In this document: positions 1-7,508 of the stretch, piece by piece
Layout of the letters: each line of letters begins with the position of its first letter
How positions within the stretch are numbered: the stretch's first letter is position 1
Origin: a virus
IMG/VR virus record: IMGVR_UViG_3300027909_000021
Length of the DNA: 64,000 bases
Strand: one strand, 5' to 3'
Program-made: the position numbers and the translations under genes
The notes under the pieces: model-generated
Databases searched by the model: none
What the model saw: the letters and a program-made list of their open reading frames with translations, nothing else
Told to the model about the DNA's origin: nothing

Positions 1-125
1 GCACGGTACCGGGTCTCGGTCTTGGGCCCCGGTGCTGTGTAACCAGGCGCGTGACCGAGCACCCCGTAGGGGGGTGATGGCTTTGACCTGGGGAAATGGA
101 GATTTGATCATGGTATCGATCATCA
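1..125. repeat. Left copy of perfect 125-bp inverted repeat (partner 4309-4433); cut by window edge
   Basis: Base x is the complement of base 4434-x for x=1-125. The repeat carries a GGTACCGGG motif, an SD (GGAG) and the first five codons (MVSII) of the downstream gene. Confidence 0.95.
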
Positions 126-337
126 GATACGCCGTGGTCCAGTGGCGCGAAGTGGAGGTACCGGAAGGCGCCCTGGCTCCGTCGGGCCGCCGTCGGGCGG
201 ATGAGCTGGTATCGACACTGGGGGCCCTCGGGGTCCTGCACCGGACCCCCGGGTTCGGCTGGGTCGCAACGGACGGGGCGAATCTGGCTTGTGACAACGA
301 ATACGGCTATGACGACTACGTCGAATGGGTGGACTGA
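110..337 (+). CDS. hypothetical protein (75 aa), starts MVSII inside the inverted repeat
   Basis: ATG at 110 lies 6 nt after GGAG and is in frame with track ORF 32-337. Third codon positions are G/C-rich. Confidence 0.6.
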   Translation: MVSIIRYAVVQWREVEVPEGALAPSGRRRADELVSTLGALGVLHRTPGFGWVATDGANLACDNEYGYDDYVEWVD

Positions 338-467
338 CCTGCGGTAACGCGCCGCTTGCACGGTACCGGGTCCCGGTATGTGTCGGGTATCTGACACAAC
401 GTGGACGGTACCGGGTTCGCGACCTACGTTGGTCCCGGTGCCCCATTGGGGCAGCGAGGTCCCGTGC

Positions 468-531
468 GGTTCCTACGGTACCGGGTTCGATCTTGACCCC
501 GGTACCTAGGGATCTTGCACGGTGCAAGATC
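468..531 (+). promoter_or_regulatory. Conserved intergenic module: 17-mer GTTCCTACGGTACCGGG, 9-bp GGTACC hairpin (477-485/498-506), 21-bp palindrome GATCTTGCACGGTGCAAGATC (511-531)
   Basis: The same module recurs at 1313-1375, in both cases directly upstream of SD plus ATG. Confidence 0.7.
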
Positions 532-548
532 AGAACAGGAGTTTGATC

Positions 549-1313
549 ATGGCGACGAAGCGCGTGACCATCACCGACCCGGCCGAGGACGCCGCTCTGC
601 TGGCTGCGCGGGCCTACTACCACTCCGCCAACTACGGGGGATACGACAACTTTGTCACGGACGCCCTGCGGCGCGCCGGACACCCGGAGCTGGCCGACAT
701 GCGCACCCAGGGGCACCCGGTCACGCTGGACACGGCCGCACTGGGCGCGTGGCTGACCGGAGAACTCGCCGGGGTCCGCGTCACCGCCCCCGATGCGCAA
801 ACTTCGGTGGTGGCCGACGTGTTCTACCGCACCCTGAGGAGCCGCCAGTTGGCCGACTCGCTCTACACGAAGATTGTCGAGGGTGCCATCGGGTACACCG
901 TGGCGACTGTGACGCCCACCTTCGATTACGGGGCGCTGCTGACCAAGTACAACGGGGCGGGGGCCATGCCGACGGCGTCGGGCCAGCACGCGGCGGAGAT
1001 CGAGACGCAGCGCCGGGCCATGGTGGCGGCTTTCACCCTCGCCGCGGAAGCGGGGCACCTGTGCGGCTCGTTTGAGACGGTCCTGCGTGAGGCGGGGCTG
1101 GACAGCTACGGGCCGCCGCGGCAGGCGGAGGTCTCCACTGAGGTTGAGGGGTTCGGCACCATGACGGTAACCGTGCCGCTGAGCCGGTCGGGGCGCATCA
1201 CTGAGGAGTTGCTGCGGCAGTACCTGTACGACGGGGTGCGCGATGTCCTGTACAGCCGGATTCAGCTGGACACGGTGGCGGGGCTGCCGGAAGGTGCCCT
1301 GCGTACCGCGTAG
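549..1313 (+). CDS. hypothetical protein (254 aa)
   Basis: ATG at 549 follows AGGAG and is in frame with ORF 522-1313. GC3 is high. Confidence 0.75.
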   Translation: MATKRVTITDPAEDAALLAARAYYHSANYGGYDNFVTDALRRAGHPELADMRTQGHPVTLDTAALGAWLTGELAGVRVTAPDAQTSVVADVFYRTLRSRQLADSLYTKIVEGAIGYTVATVTPTFDYGALLTKYNGAGAMPTASGQHAAEIETQRRAMVAAFTLAAEAGHLCGSFETVLREAGLDSYGPPRQAEVSTEVEGFGTMTVTVPLSRSGRITEELLRQYLYDGVRDVLYSRIQLDTVAGLPEGALRTA

Positions 1314-1375
1314 TTCCTACGGTACCGGGAGTCACGGGGGCCCCGGTACCGGGGGATCTTGCACGGTGCAAGATC
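1313..1375 (+). promoter_or_regulatory. Second copy of the hairpin plus 21-bp palindrome module (hairpin 1321-1329/1342-1350; palindrome 1355-1375)
   Basis: The 17-mer and the 21-bp palindrome are identical to those in the 468-531 copy. Confidence 0.7.
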
Positions 1376-1378
1376 GGA

Positions 1379-1756
1379 ATGGGAGACATGACCATGAGCA
1401 ACACGCAGGCCACCGCAACCAAGTCCGCCGACGTCACGGCCCGCGAGGCAGAGATCGTCACTGCCGCGCTGGCCTGGGGCCGGGGCGCCGGCTCTTTCGG
1501 CGACTCGTACACGCAGGGCCGGGTCGTTGAGGCCCTGCGGGCAATCGGTCTCGGCGAGCACCTGCCGCGCGAGAGCGCCGAGGTGACCGTGCACGTGACC
1601 GGTACCGTGTCGGTTCGCTGCGATGCCGAGGGCAACTGGACGCAGGAAGGGGCCCTTCGGGCGCTGGAGTCGGCTATCTACGCCGGCCGCGTCATCCCCG
1701 AGGTGACCGAGGTCGAGACGACCGGGGCGCCCGGGGCCGAGACCCTCGCCGAGTGA
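1379..1756 (+). CDS. hypothetical protein (start may be ATG 1394)
   Basis: Track ORF. GGGAG at 1381-1385 favours the ATG at 1394. Confidence 0.7.
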   Translation: MGDMTMSNTQATATKSADVTAREAEIVTAALAWGRGAGSFGDSYTQGRVVEALRAIGLGEHLPRESAEVTVHVTGTVSVRCDAEGNWTQEGALRALESAIYAGRVIPEVTEVETTGAPGAETLAE

Positions 1757-1766
1757 GTCACCCACC

Positions 1767-1795
1767 GCAGGCCCCGGTACCGTACCGGGGCCTGC
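1767..1795. terminator. 29-nt perfect palindrome GCAGGCCCCGGTACCGTACCGGGGCCTGC (hairpin)
   Basis: 14-bp arms lie directly after the stop at 1756. There is no T-tract, so its role (terminator or operator) is uncertain. Confidence 0.5.
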
Positions 1796-1814
1796 GGTGT
1801 CTAGGGAGGTGATC

Positions 1815-2009
1815 GTGCAACCGGAAGAGATCATTGCCACAGCTCCCGGCGCCCTGTCTGTCGAGGTCCTCGGGTACGCCATGGAGCTGATCCGGCACGG
1901 TCGGGCCCTAGAGGCTGAACGGGTGCTGGCGCAGGCTCTAGGGTCTGGCCCGCACGCTAAAGCACTGGTGGCGTGGGAGATCAAGCGCAGGCTGGCCCTG
2001 CACAACTGA
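1815..2009 (+). CDS. hypothetical protein (64 aa)
   Basis: GTG at 1815 lies 6 nt after GGGAGG and is in frame with ORF 1797-2009. Confidence 0.6.
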   Translation: MQPEEIIATAPGALSVEVLGYAMELIRHGRALEAERVLAQALGSGPHAKALVAWEIKRRLALHN

Positions 2010-2017
2010 ATTAGGAC

Positions 2018-2058
2018 AAAGGCCCCGGTACCGTGAGGTTCCGGGGCCTTTTGTGTGT
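2018..2058 (+). terminator. Intrinsic terminator
   Basis: 11-bp stem AAAGGCCCCGG/CCGGGGCCTTT followed by TTTTGTGTG. Confidence 0.8.
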
Positions 2059-2280
2059 CTACTGGCCGGTGAGCCCCGTCCCAGTGGACCACGGGGCCCC
2101 GGAAACGGCCCTCGGAGCCACGCAGCGGGCCCAATGGGGCGTTACCCATACCCAGGTAACCCCCCGACATATGGATCATGTCCCGGAGGCTCTCAGCCGA
2201 TGTGTGAAAGAGTCGTTTCTCAGCTCGCCGGAAACCTCCCCCATTCGGCCCCCGTGGACCATGTCAATCAAGCTTTGATC

Positions 2281-2321
2281 AAAAAGAGGCCCGGCACCGC
2301 ATGATCACGGTACCGGGCCTC
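2281..2321 (-). terminator. Intrinsic terminator for the leftward genes
   Basis: On the minus strand, 13-bp stem GAGGCCCGGTACC/GGTGCCGGGCCTC (one mismatch) followed by TTTTT. Confidence 0.8.
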
Positions 2322-2334
2322 ATCCCCCGTGAGA

Positions 2335-2724
2335 TCATCCCGCGTCGGACAGCGACGACGCGGCAGCGCGCTCCGCGGCAGCCAGCGCCTCACCCCAGGT
2401 GTAGCCCTGGTCTTGCCACTCTTGGGCCACCAGGAAGTACTTGCAGGCGCCTACGGTCATCATGTCCGGGAACGCTGTCGCAACGGCAGCGATGCTGGTG
2501 ATTTGCCCGTGGTGCCGCGTCTCACCGGCAAGGTCCAAGGCGACCCCGACCAGGCACCCAGTGACACGCTGGGGCAAGTCCAGTGGGTACGGGTTTCCGT
2601 TACGATCGCGGTCACTCGCTTCGTACTGGCATACGCCCAAGCCGGACGGGTTGTACACGAAGTCGGGCCCCTGTGTGGCTACTGCCTGCGGCAACAGCTC
2701 CCGGGCCTGCGCAAGGTTGATCAT
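2335..2724 (-). CDS. hypothetical protein (129 aa)
   Basis: Internal ATG at 2724 (MINLAQAREL) is preceded by GGGAG. The longer track ORF 2335-2796 would read through the conserved upstream motif. Confidence 0.7.
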   Translation of the reverse strand: MINLAQARELLPQAVATQGPDFVYNPSGLGVCQYEASDRDRNGNPYPLDLPQRVTGCLVGVALDLAGETRHHGQITSIAAVATAFPDMMTVGACKYFLVAQEWQDQGYTWGEALAAAERAAASSLSDAG

Positions 2725-2749
2725 TGGTCTTGCTCCCTTCACCCGGTAC

Positions 2750-2773
2750 CGTACCGGATTCCAAGACACACAG
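2750..2773 (-). promoter_or_regulatory. 24-nt conserved motif (minus strand TGGAATCCGGTACGGTACCGGGTG), copy A
   Basis: Identical to 3614-3637. Both copies sit between a hairpin and GGGAG plus ATG of a leftward gene. Confidence 0.7.
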
Positions 2774-2808
2774 GGCCGCAAAGCCTTGTGTGCCAAGGAA
2801 ACCGTGCG

Positions 2809-3093
2809 TCACCAGTCCTGCGGCATGTCATGGTGGGCCCACTCGCCCGGTGTGATCCCCAGCGATGGCGCAAAGGCCAGCAACCCAACCACCTGCAAAC
2901 CGGCTTGCAATTGCGCCTCCTCCCGTGTCCCGGCCGTGACCTGCCTGCCTGGCCAACTGCCGGCGTTACGGCTGGCCCCGGTACCGACCGCGTGCCAGTG
3001 ACCCGGTACCGACCCGTGCTCGGCGCAGGCACATGGCCACACGTGCACCACCGAAGTCACGCCGTAAAACAGCTCCCGAACCTCCCGATACAT
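2809..3093 (-). CDS. hypothetical protein (94 aa)
   Basis: ATG at 3093 lies 2 nt after the upstream stop. GC3 is very high in this frame. It is part of the over-long track ORF 2809-3477. Confidence 0.6.
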   Translation of the reverse strand: MYREVRELFYGVTSVVHVWPCACAEHGSVPGHWHAVGTGASRNAGSWPGRQVTAGTREEAQLQAGLQVVGLLAFAPSLGITPGEWAHHDMPQDW

Positions 3094-3095
3094 CT

Positions 3096-3596
3096 TCACG
3101 AGCGTGTCCCGTACAGGTAGACCAGGGCCCCAGCGTCCCCCACGCCGTTGCCCTGGAACAACGGTACCCAAGCGCACGGCCACGGACCGCCGTCCTCGGT
3201 CGGGCACAGGTCGATGACGTCGCCGTCTGGCCACATGCCGCACGGCGGAACGTACCTCCAGGATCCATCGGTCCACATGCCCACGCAGGGGCCGGCATCC
3301 TGGCACAGCGGCACCGACAGCGGCCCGGCGTCCACGGCGGTACCGACCGGCCACGCCGCGGGGCTGCTGGCTTGGACCCACAGGCCGCTGTCGCCTACTT
3401 CGTCCACGCACGGCTGCGTTGGGCCCGCCATGGAGCATCTGGGCACTGGGCCCGGTACCGTGCACGTCTGCTGGCACGGCTGGGTTGCCTGCCGCCGGTC
3501 ACCGCAGGCAGCCAGCGCCACGATGCACGTAATGATGATCAGCGCGGACCACAGCAGCGTGAGCCATGGGCCGTTGCGGGTGTTCTGTCGCGTCAT
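3096..3596 (-). CDS. putative secreted Cys-rich lipoprotein (166 aa)
   Basis: Starts MTRQNTRNGPW. A hydrophobic helix is followed by the lipobox LAAC. The mature part has about 12 Cys. Confidence 0.65.
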   Translation of the reverse strand: MTRQNTRNGPWLTLLWSALIIITCIVALAACGDRRQATQPCQQTCTVPGPVPRCSMAGPTQPCVDEVGDSGLWVQASSPAAWPVGTAVDAGPLSVPLCQDAGPCVGMWTDGSWRYVPPCGMWPDGDVIDLCPTEDGGPWPCAWVPLFQGNGVGDAGALVYLYGTRS

Positions 3597-3613
3597 GATC
3601 TTCTCTCCCGTTC

Positions 3614-3637
3614 CACCCGGTACCGTACCGGATTCCA
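3614..3637 (-). promoter_or_regulatory. 24-nt conserved motif, copy B
   Basis: Identical to 2750-2773 and followed by GGGAG and the ATG at 3596. Confidence 0.7.
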
Positions 3638-3686
3638 CAGTGGGCAAAGATTCCTGGAATCGTTGCCCACCATGGGAATCGATGCG

Positions 3687-4022
3687 CTACGCGGCAGCGT
3701 CCGGGCAGTGGTCCCACAGGGCCATCCCTTGCGCCGCAAGGTCTTGGTGATGCGTCGTGGTCCGCGAATACCGGTGGCTGGGCGCCACCCACCGGCGCCC
3801 AGCCAATCGCCAGGCAATGGGGGTGACGTAGCTAAAGATCACATAGACCGGGGTGTCGCCGTCAAGGGCACGCAGAGCGAGGATGGCGTCCCCCGGCAGG
3901 CTGCCGATCGGTACCGCTAGCGGCGTGGGATACCAGTTGGCACTCATGTTGCCGATCTGGAAGCTACGCAGCGTCCCGATCAGGTCGATGATCCGCTTGC
4001 GGTTTTTGCTGCCGTAGGCCAC
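3687..4022 (-). CDS. hypothetical protein (111 aa)
   Basis: GTG at 4022 overlaps the upstream TAG by 1 nt. It lies within track ORF 3687-4043. Confidence 0.55.
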   Translation of the reverse strand: MAYGSKNRKRIIDLIGTLRSFQIGNMSANWYPTPLAVPIGSLPGDAILALRALDGDTPVYVIFSYVTPIAWRLAGRRWVAPSHRYSRTTTHHQDLAAQGMALWDHCPDAAA

Positions 4023-4324
4023 TACGCGAACACCTCCCGCCACGCCCAGCGCAGGGTGCCGTACGAGATGGTGCCATCGGCCAGGAAGCCGAGACGGACG
4101 GCGTCACCGCCGCTCAGGCCGAGGCGGAACATCCGTGAGAAGTCGCCGAGGGCCTGACCGGCGACGCAATGCCGACAATCTTCCATGATCAGCCCGTCCC
4201 AGTCGATGCGGTCACGCCAGCCCGGCGCCATCATGTCCAGCCAGAAACCGCCGACCACGACCCGGCGCCGAGCCTCGGCCGCCCTGGAGGCGATGTGCCA
4301 CTGCTCCGTGATGATCGATACCAT
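4022..4324 (-). CDS. hypothetical protein (100 aa), starts MVSII inside the inverted repeat
   Basis: ATG at 4324 is the mirror of ATG 110. The sequence diverges from the 110-337 gene after codon 5. Confidence 0.6.
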   Translation of the reverse strand: MVSIITEQWHIASRAAEARRRVVVGGFWLDMMAPGWRDRIDWDGLIMEDCRHCVAGQALGDFSRMFRLGLSGGDAVRLGFLADGTISYGTLRWAWREVFA

Positions 4325-4433
4325 GATCAAATCTCCATTTCCCCAGGTCAAAGCCATCACCCCCCTACGGGGTGCTCGGTCACGCGCCTGGTTACACAGC
4401 ACCGGGGCCCAAGACCGAGACCCGGTACCGTGC
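4309..4433. repeat. Right copy of the perfect 125-bp inverted repeat
   Basis: Exact reverse complement of 1-125. Confidence 0.95.
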
Positions 4434-4453
4434 AAACGGTGCGTTACCGCAGG

Positions 4454-4765
4454 TCACAGGCGCCAGTCCTCGCCGGTGGCCAGCCACCCCCGCGCCTGCT
4501 CGGGGGTCGGCTGGATGGGCGCCGGCGCAGGCAGGTTCGCGCCCAGCACCGGTGCCGTGATGACCGCAATCCGTAGCTCAGGGTGGGTCAACTCAGCGAT
4601 CCGCCGGACCGCCTCCAGGGCGGTCAGCTCCTCGCCCCCGCGCTCCAGGGCCTCGCAGGCGAGGTGCCACAGGCACTCGCCACAGGTCACGACACCCATG
4701 TTGGTGCTGGTGGGGCCGGCCGCGGTGCAGCAGGACATGCCGGGGATCCGCTCCGCGTGAACCAT
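4454..4765 (-). CDS. hypothetical Cys-containing protein (103 aa)
   Basis: ATG at 4765 lies in the context GGGAGACCTGATCATG and is in frame with ORF 4454-4900. Confidence 0.65.
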   Translation of the reverse strand: MVHAERIPGMSCCTAAGPTSTNMGVVTCGECLWHLACEALERGGEELTALEAVRRIAELTHPELRIAVITAPVLGANLPAPAPIQPTPEQARGWLATGEDWRL

Positions 4766-5239
4766 GATCAGGTCTCCCGTTCCCCCCGGTTGCCCAGGGT
4801 TGTCTCTGCGGGCGTAGGCGCCCGCGAACCCCCTGAGCCTAGCCCCACTGGTCCACTGGCCCAAGGGTCTGTCGGGTATCCGACACCGACCGGGGTACAC
4901 TGGGCCGTGACCAGGGGGAACCCCAGTCGATCAAGGTTCACGGGTACAGTCCGAGCAAAATGGACACAAGGTACATAGGGGACCAAGGGGACACGATCAT
5001 GAACCCGGGTAGGGCCCAGTAACCCACACCCACCCCAGACCCACAGACCCCCAGGCACCCGACAAACCCGAACAAGCCACCCAGAACCCAGGGACAGCCC
5101 CTCCCTGCATCTGTGTGTCTGGATCTTGTTTCAGTGTTCCTTTTCTATGTTTCTGGTTTCTGGGGTTGCTGTAAATTTGACCTTGGGTGTCTGGGTATCT
5201 GGATACTTTGTACTTTTTGTGACGTGAAAAAAGGTATGC
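4766..5239. promoter_or_regulatory. 474-bp divergent non-coding region
   Basis: No ORF here has coding-like GC3. It is C/A-rich over 5010-5100 and switches to G/T-rich over 5100-5230. It separates a leftward gene from a rightward gene. Confidence 0.6.
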
Positions 5240-5647
5240 ATGTTGGGGGCTGTGGTGTCGTCGTATCCGTGGGTGTCGGGTGCTGCCCAGGTGTATGAGG
5301 ATCCGGGGCCGGCGTTTGGGACGGTGGCTGCGGCGGTGACACGGCAGCTGCGGGATCTGCCGCATGAGGTCCGCGATGAGGACATTGAGCGGGACAAGGC
5401 TGGGCATCGGGGGCTGTTCCTCGCCGAGCTGCGGGGGATCTTGGACCGGTGCAACCAGGGCGACCCCGACGATCCCCGCTGGGACGAGCTGCGGCTGCGT
5501 ACCTTGGACCGGTTTGCGAAACTTGCCCGGATCTATGAACCGGATGCGGTGTCGGGGAAGTCGGGGCCGGGGAATCCGAAGGATCTGGCGTCGGCGGCTG
5601 CGGCGGCTTTGGACGAGCTGGAGGCGAGCCGCGCTGAGGTCCGGTGA
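5240..5647 (+). CDS. hypothetical protein (135 aa)
   Basis: Track ORF with coding-like GC3. Confidence 0.7.
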   Translation: MLGAVVSSYPWVSGAAQVYEDPGPAFGTVAAAVTRQLRDLPHEVRDEDIERDKAGHRGLFLAELRGILDRCNQGDPDDPRWDELRLRTLDRFAKLARIYEPDAVSGKSGPGNPKDLASAAAAALDELEASRAEVR

Positions 5648-5658
5648 CCGGACCCTCG

Positions 5659-5941
5659 CCAAGATCAGGTACTGATCCCACCAAGATCAGGTACTGGGTA
5701 CTGTGCGCGGATGACGGCTGAGCTGCTGTTTTGCAAGATCAGTACCTCAAGTACCCAGTACCTCACTTTTATTCTTTACACGCGTGCGCGCGTACCCCTA
5801 GATACTTTTTAACTCCTATGAACTCTTTGAAAATGAGGTACTGTCGGTACTTTAGGTGCTTGTTCCTGGTGGAGGCCCATTTTTCATCAGTACCTATGGA
5901 TCTATGGGGGGTTGGGCTGGGTACTTGAGGTACTGATCTTG
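5659..5941. repeat. Iteron cluster: at least 11 GGTACT/AGTACC hexamers, 16-bp direct repeat CCAAGATCAGGTACTG (5659-5674, 5681-5696), 23-bp inverted repeat (5734-5756 / 5919-5941) flanking an AT-rich core
   Basis: Read directly from the sequence. The local GC drop over 5757-5900 is conspicuous. Confidence 0.85.
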
Positions 5942-5954
5942 GGATAATGGGGGG

Positions 5955-6146
5955 ATGACCGATGGGGCACTGGTTGCCGGTGGGCACTGGGACGAGGTAC
6001 ATAGGGATGAAGACAGCCGTTACGACGGAGAACTGGAGGCGATCTGGGAAGCCTGGACATACCACCGCCGAGTGGTGACTCAGCGGTTCCTTGAACTCGA
6101 TGACCCCGAGGGGGACAGAGGTCCAAATGGGCAGGTCATGGTATGA
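5955..6146 (+). CDS. hypothetical protein (63 aa)
   Basis: Track ORF. GGGGGG lies upstream of the ATG. Confidence 0.55.
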   Translation: MTDGALVAGGHWDEVHRDEDSRYDGELEAIWEAWTYHRRVVTQRFLELDDPEGDRGPNGQVMV

Positions 6147-6185
6147 TCGTCCCGATGGGACAACTGATCTTGAGAGGGGTGCCCC

Positions 6186-6356
6186 ATGAACAACTTGGTT
6201 CGCGTGGAGAAGAGCCGAGGCCGCATCAGCCTCGGCCGCGCCGTGCCGGGCCTCGCGCCGGGCGACCTATTTGAGGTCACCCTCGACGACGACGGAACGA
6301 TCTACCTGACACCCGTAAACACCGTCAAGAAACCGGCGAAAAGGAATGAAACGTGA
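6186..6356 (+). CDS. SpoVT/AbrB-fold (MazE-like) DNA-binding protein (56 aa)
   Basis: MNNLVRVEKSRGRISLGRAVPGLAPGDLFEVTLDDDGTIYLTPV fits the looped-hinge-helix pattern (basic strand, PGD, short strand, DG). The ORF is below the track size cutoff. Confidence 0.65.
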   Translation: MNNLVRVEKSRGRISLGRAVPGLAPGDLFEVTLDDDGTIYLTPVNTVKKPAKRNET

Positions 6357-6457
6357 AGTGGTTAGGGGGCATGGCCCTACCGTTCGCGGTGGCACTCATC
6401 GCGATAGCCGCCGCACTCATCGCCGTCAACGTCCTCGTCACGCAGTGTGGGGCCTGA
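6353..6457 (+). CDS. small hydrophobic peptide (34 aa)
   Basis: GTG overlaps the AbrB-like stop (GTGA). Sequence is VKWLGGMALPFAVALIAIAAALIAVNVLVTQCGA. GC3 in this frame is much higher than in overlapping track ORF 6346-6621. Confidence 0.5.
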   Translation: MKWLGGMALPFAVALIAIAAALIAVNVLVTQCGA

Positions 6458-6477
6458 CAGCCCTATGCGCCCCCGCC

Positions 6478-6621
6478 GTGGCGCCGTTGACCCTCTGCGT
6501 CGCCGTACTCAGCGGCCCCCTCGGTCCGAGCGTCACCACATCGGGAACCGCCGCGCCTATCATCTTGGGTTTCTTGCTACTGGCCTACACAGTCGGGAGC
6601 CTGCGGTGGATCCGTAAGTAA
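6478..6621 (+). CDS. small membrane protein (47 aa, two hydrophobic segments)
   Basis: GTG at 6478 lies within the frame of ORF 6346-6621. The start is uncertain. Confidence 0.4.
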   Translation: MAPLTLCVAVLSGPLGPSVTTSGTAAPIILGFLLLAYTVGSLRWIRK

Positions 6622-6636
6622 CGAAAGGGGCAGACT

Positions 6637-6945
6637 ATGCCAATTCCCTTCATCACGTACTGGCGAGCGTTCGCCAGGACCGACACCGACACCAAGCAGG
6701 AACCACGTCCCCATTGGGTCTGGGTGGCGGACTGGAAGATCCACCTGTACGACGGCGCGGACCCAATCAACGTGTTCGGTGCTTACTCGCATGTCCAAGG
6801 CGGACACTATGTGTTCGGAGCCCAGCGGCCTCCGGAAGGCGATTCCCGGTGGCCGCAGGAGTACATCAAGGCCCGGTTTGAGCGCGGGAGTGTCCGTGGG
6901 ATCACCTCGCACAACTGGCGCCCGGAAGATCTGGGGGTCTGGTGA
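6637..6945 (+). CDS. hypothetical protein (102 aa)
   Basis: Track ORF. AAAGGGG lies upstream of the ATG. Confidence 0.7.
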   Translation: MPIPFITYWRAFARTDTDTKQEPRPHWVWVADWKIHLYDGADPINVFGAYSHVQGGHYVFGAQRPPEGDSRWPQEYIKARFERGSVRGITSHNWRPEDLGVW

Positions 6946-7508
6946 GCTGGCGAGCAGAAGTTGACCATTCAACGATTTGGCTTTATCCGGACAACAGCGA
7001 CGAACCATATCGACTTAGTCCCGACGAAGCCTGGGACCTGGGTGACAGTCTGATCATCAGCGCCGGGCAGGTGTGGCAGCAAGACACCGGTCAGCCCTGG
7101 AACCCCGACTGGCCGGCCGCAGTTACCGCCCCCAGTGACCAAGAGTGGCTTGACGAACGGGCCACCGGGGTGCTGTTCACCGACGATCAGCTGTCTGACC
7201 TGCGGACCCTGGCGCAGCAGCGGGGCATGACCGTGGCCCGGATGGTCCGTGAGGAACTACTGGCCAGCTTGGCGTCTTCCACCTGGGGTGACCACGATGT
7301 GACCTCCCGCGACCCCGACGTGGCCCGGTCAGCCGATGTGGATGTTGCCCAAGACGCCGAAGGTGAAGATCGCAATGCCGATACCGATCCAGCCGTTCCA
7401 GAACCGGAACCGGACACCGAGCCCGTCCATGACACACATGGCGGTGGCGATCAAATAAAGGACGATAGCCAGCATCGGCGTTGGGTCCTTCCCGGTGATG
7501 TCCAATGA
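6942..7508 (+). CDS. hypothetical protein with RHH-like segment and acidic tail
   Basis: GTGA overlap at the 5' end and ATGA overlap at the 3' end. LSDLRTLAQQRGMTVARMVREELLASL resembles a ribbon-helix-helix. Confidence 0.6.
   Translation: MSWRAEVDHSTIWLYPDNSDEPYRLSPDEAWDLGDSLIISAGQVWQQDTGQPWNPDWPAAVTAPSDQEWLDERATGVLFTDDQLSDLRTLAQQRGMTVARMVREELLASLASSTWGDHDVTSRDPDVARSADVDVAQDAEGEDRNADTDPAVPEPEPDTEPVHDTHGGGDQIKDDSQHRRWVLPGDVQ

Noticed and set aside
105-112. Recurrent GATC overlapping start codons (TGATCATGG at 105, 544, 4322, 4763; AGATCATG at 3594 and 49236) as methylation-dependent control
   Set aside because: This is more simply explained by a shared SD-spacer consensus among paralogous or duplicated leader regions. 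There is no methyltransferase in the window.
7329-7472. Antisense 47-aa two-helix membrane ORF inside the acidic tail of gene 6942-7508
   Set aside because: It has attractive GC3 and hydrophobicity. However, its codons are exactly phase-locked to the plus-strand codons, and GAT/GCC-rich acidic codons mirror ATC/GGC. The plus-strand ORF is bracketed by GTGA and ATGA coupling overlaps. It is most likely a mirror artefact, and Ribo-seq could revisit this.
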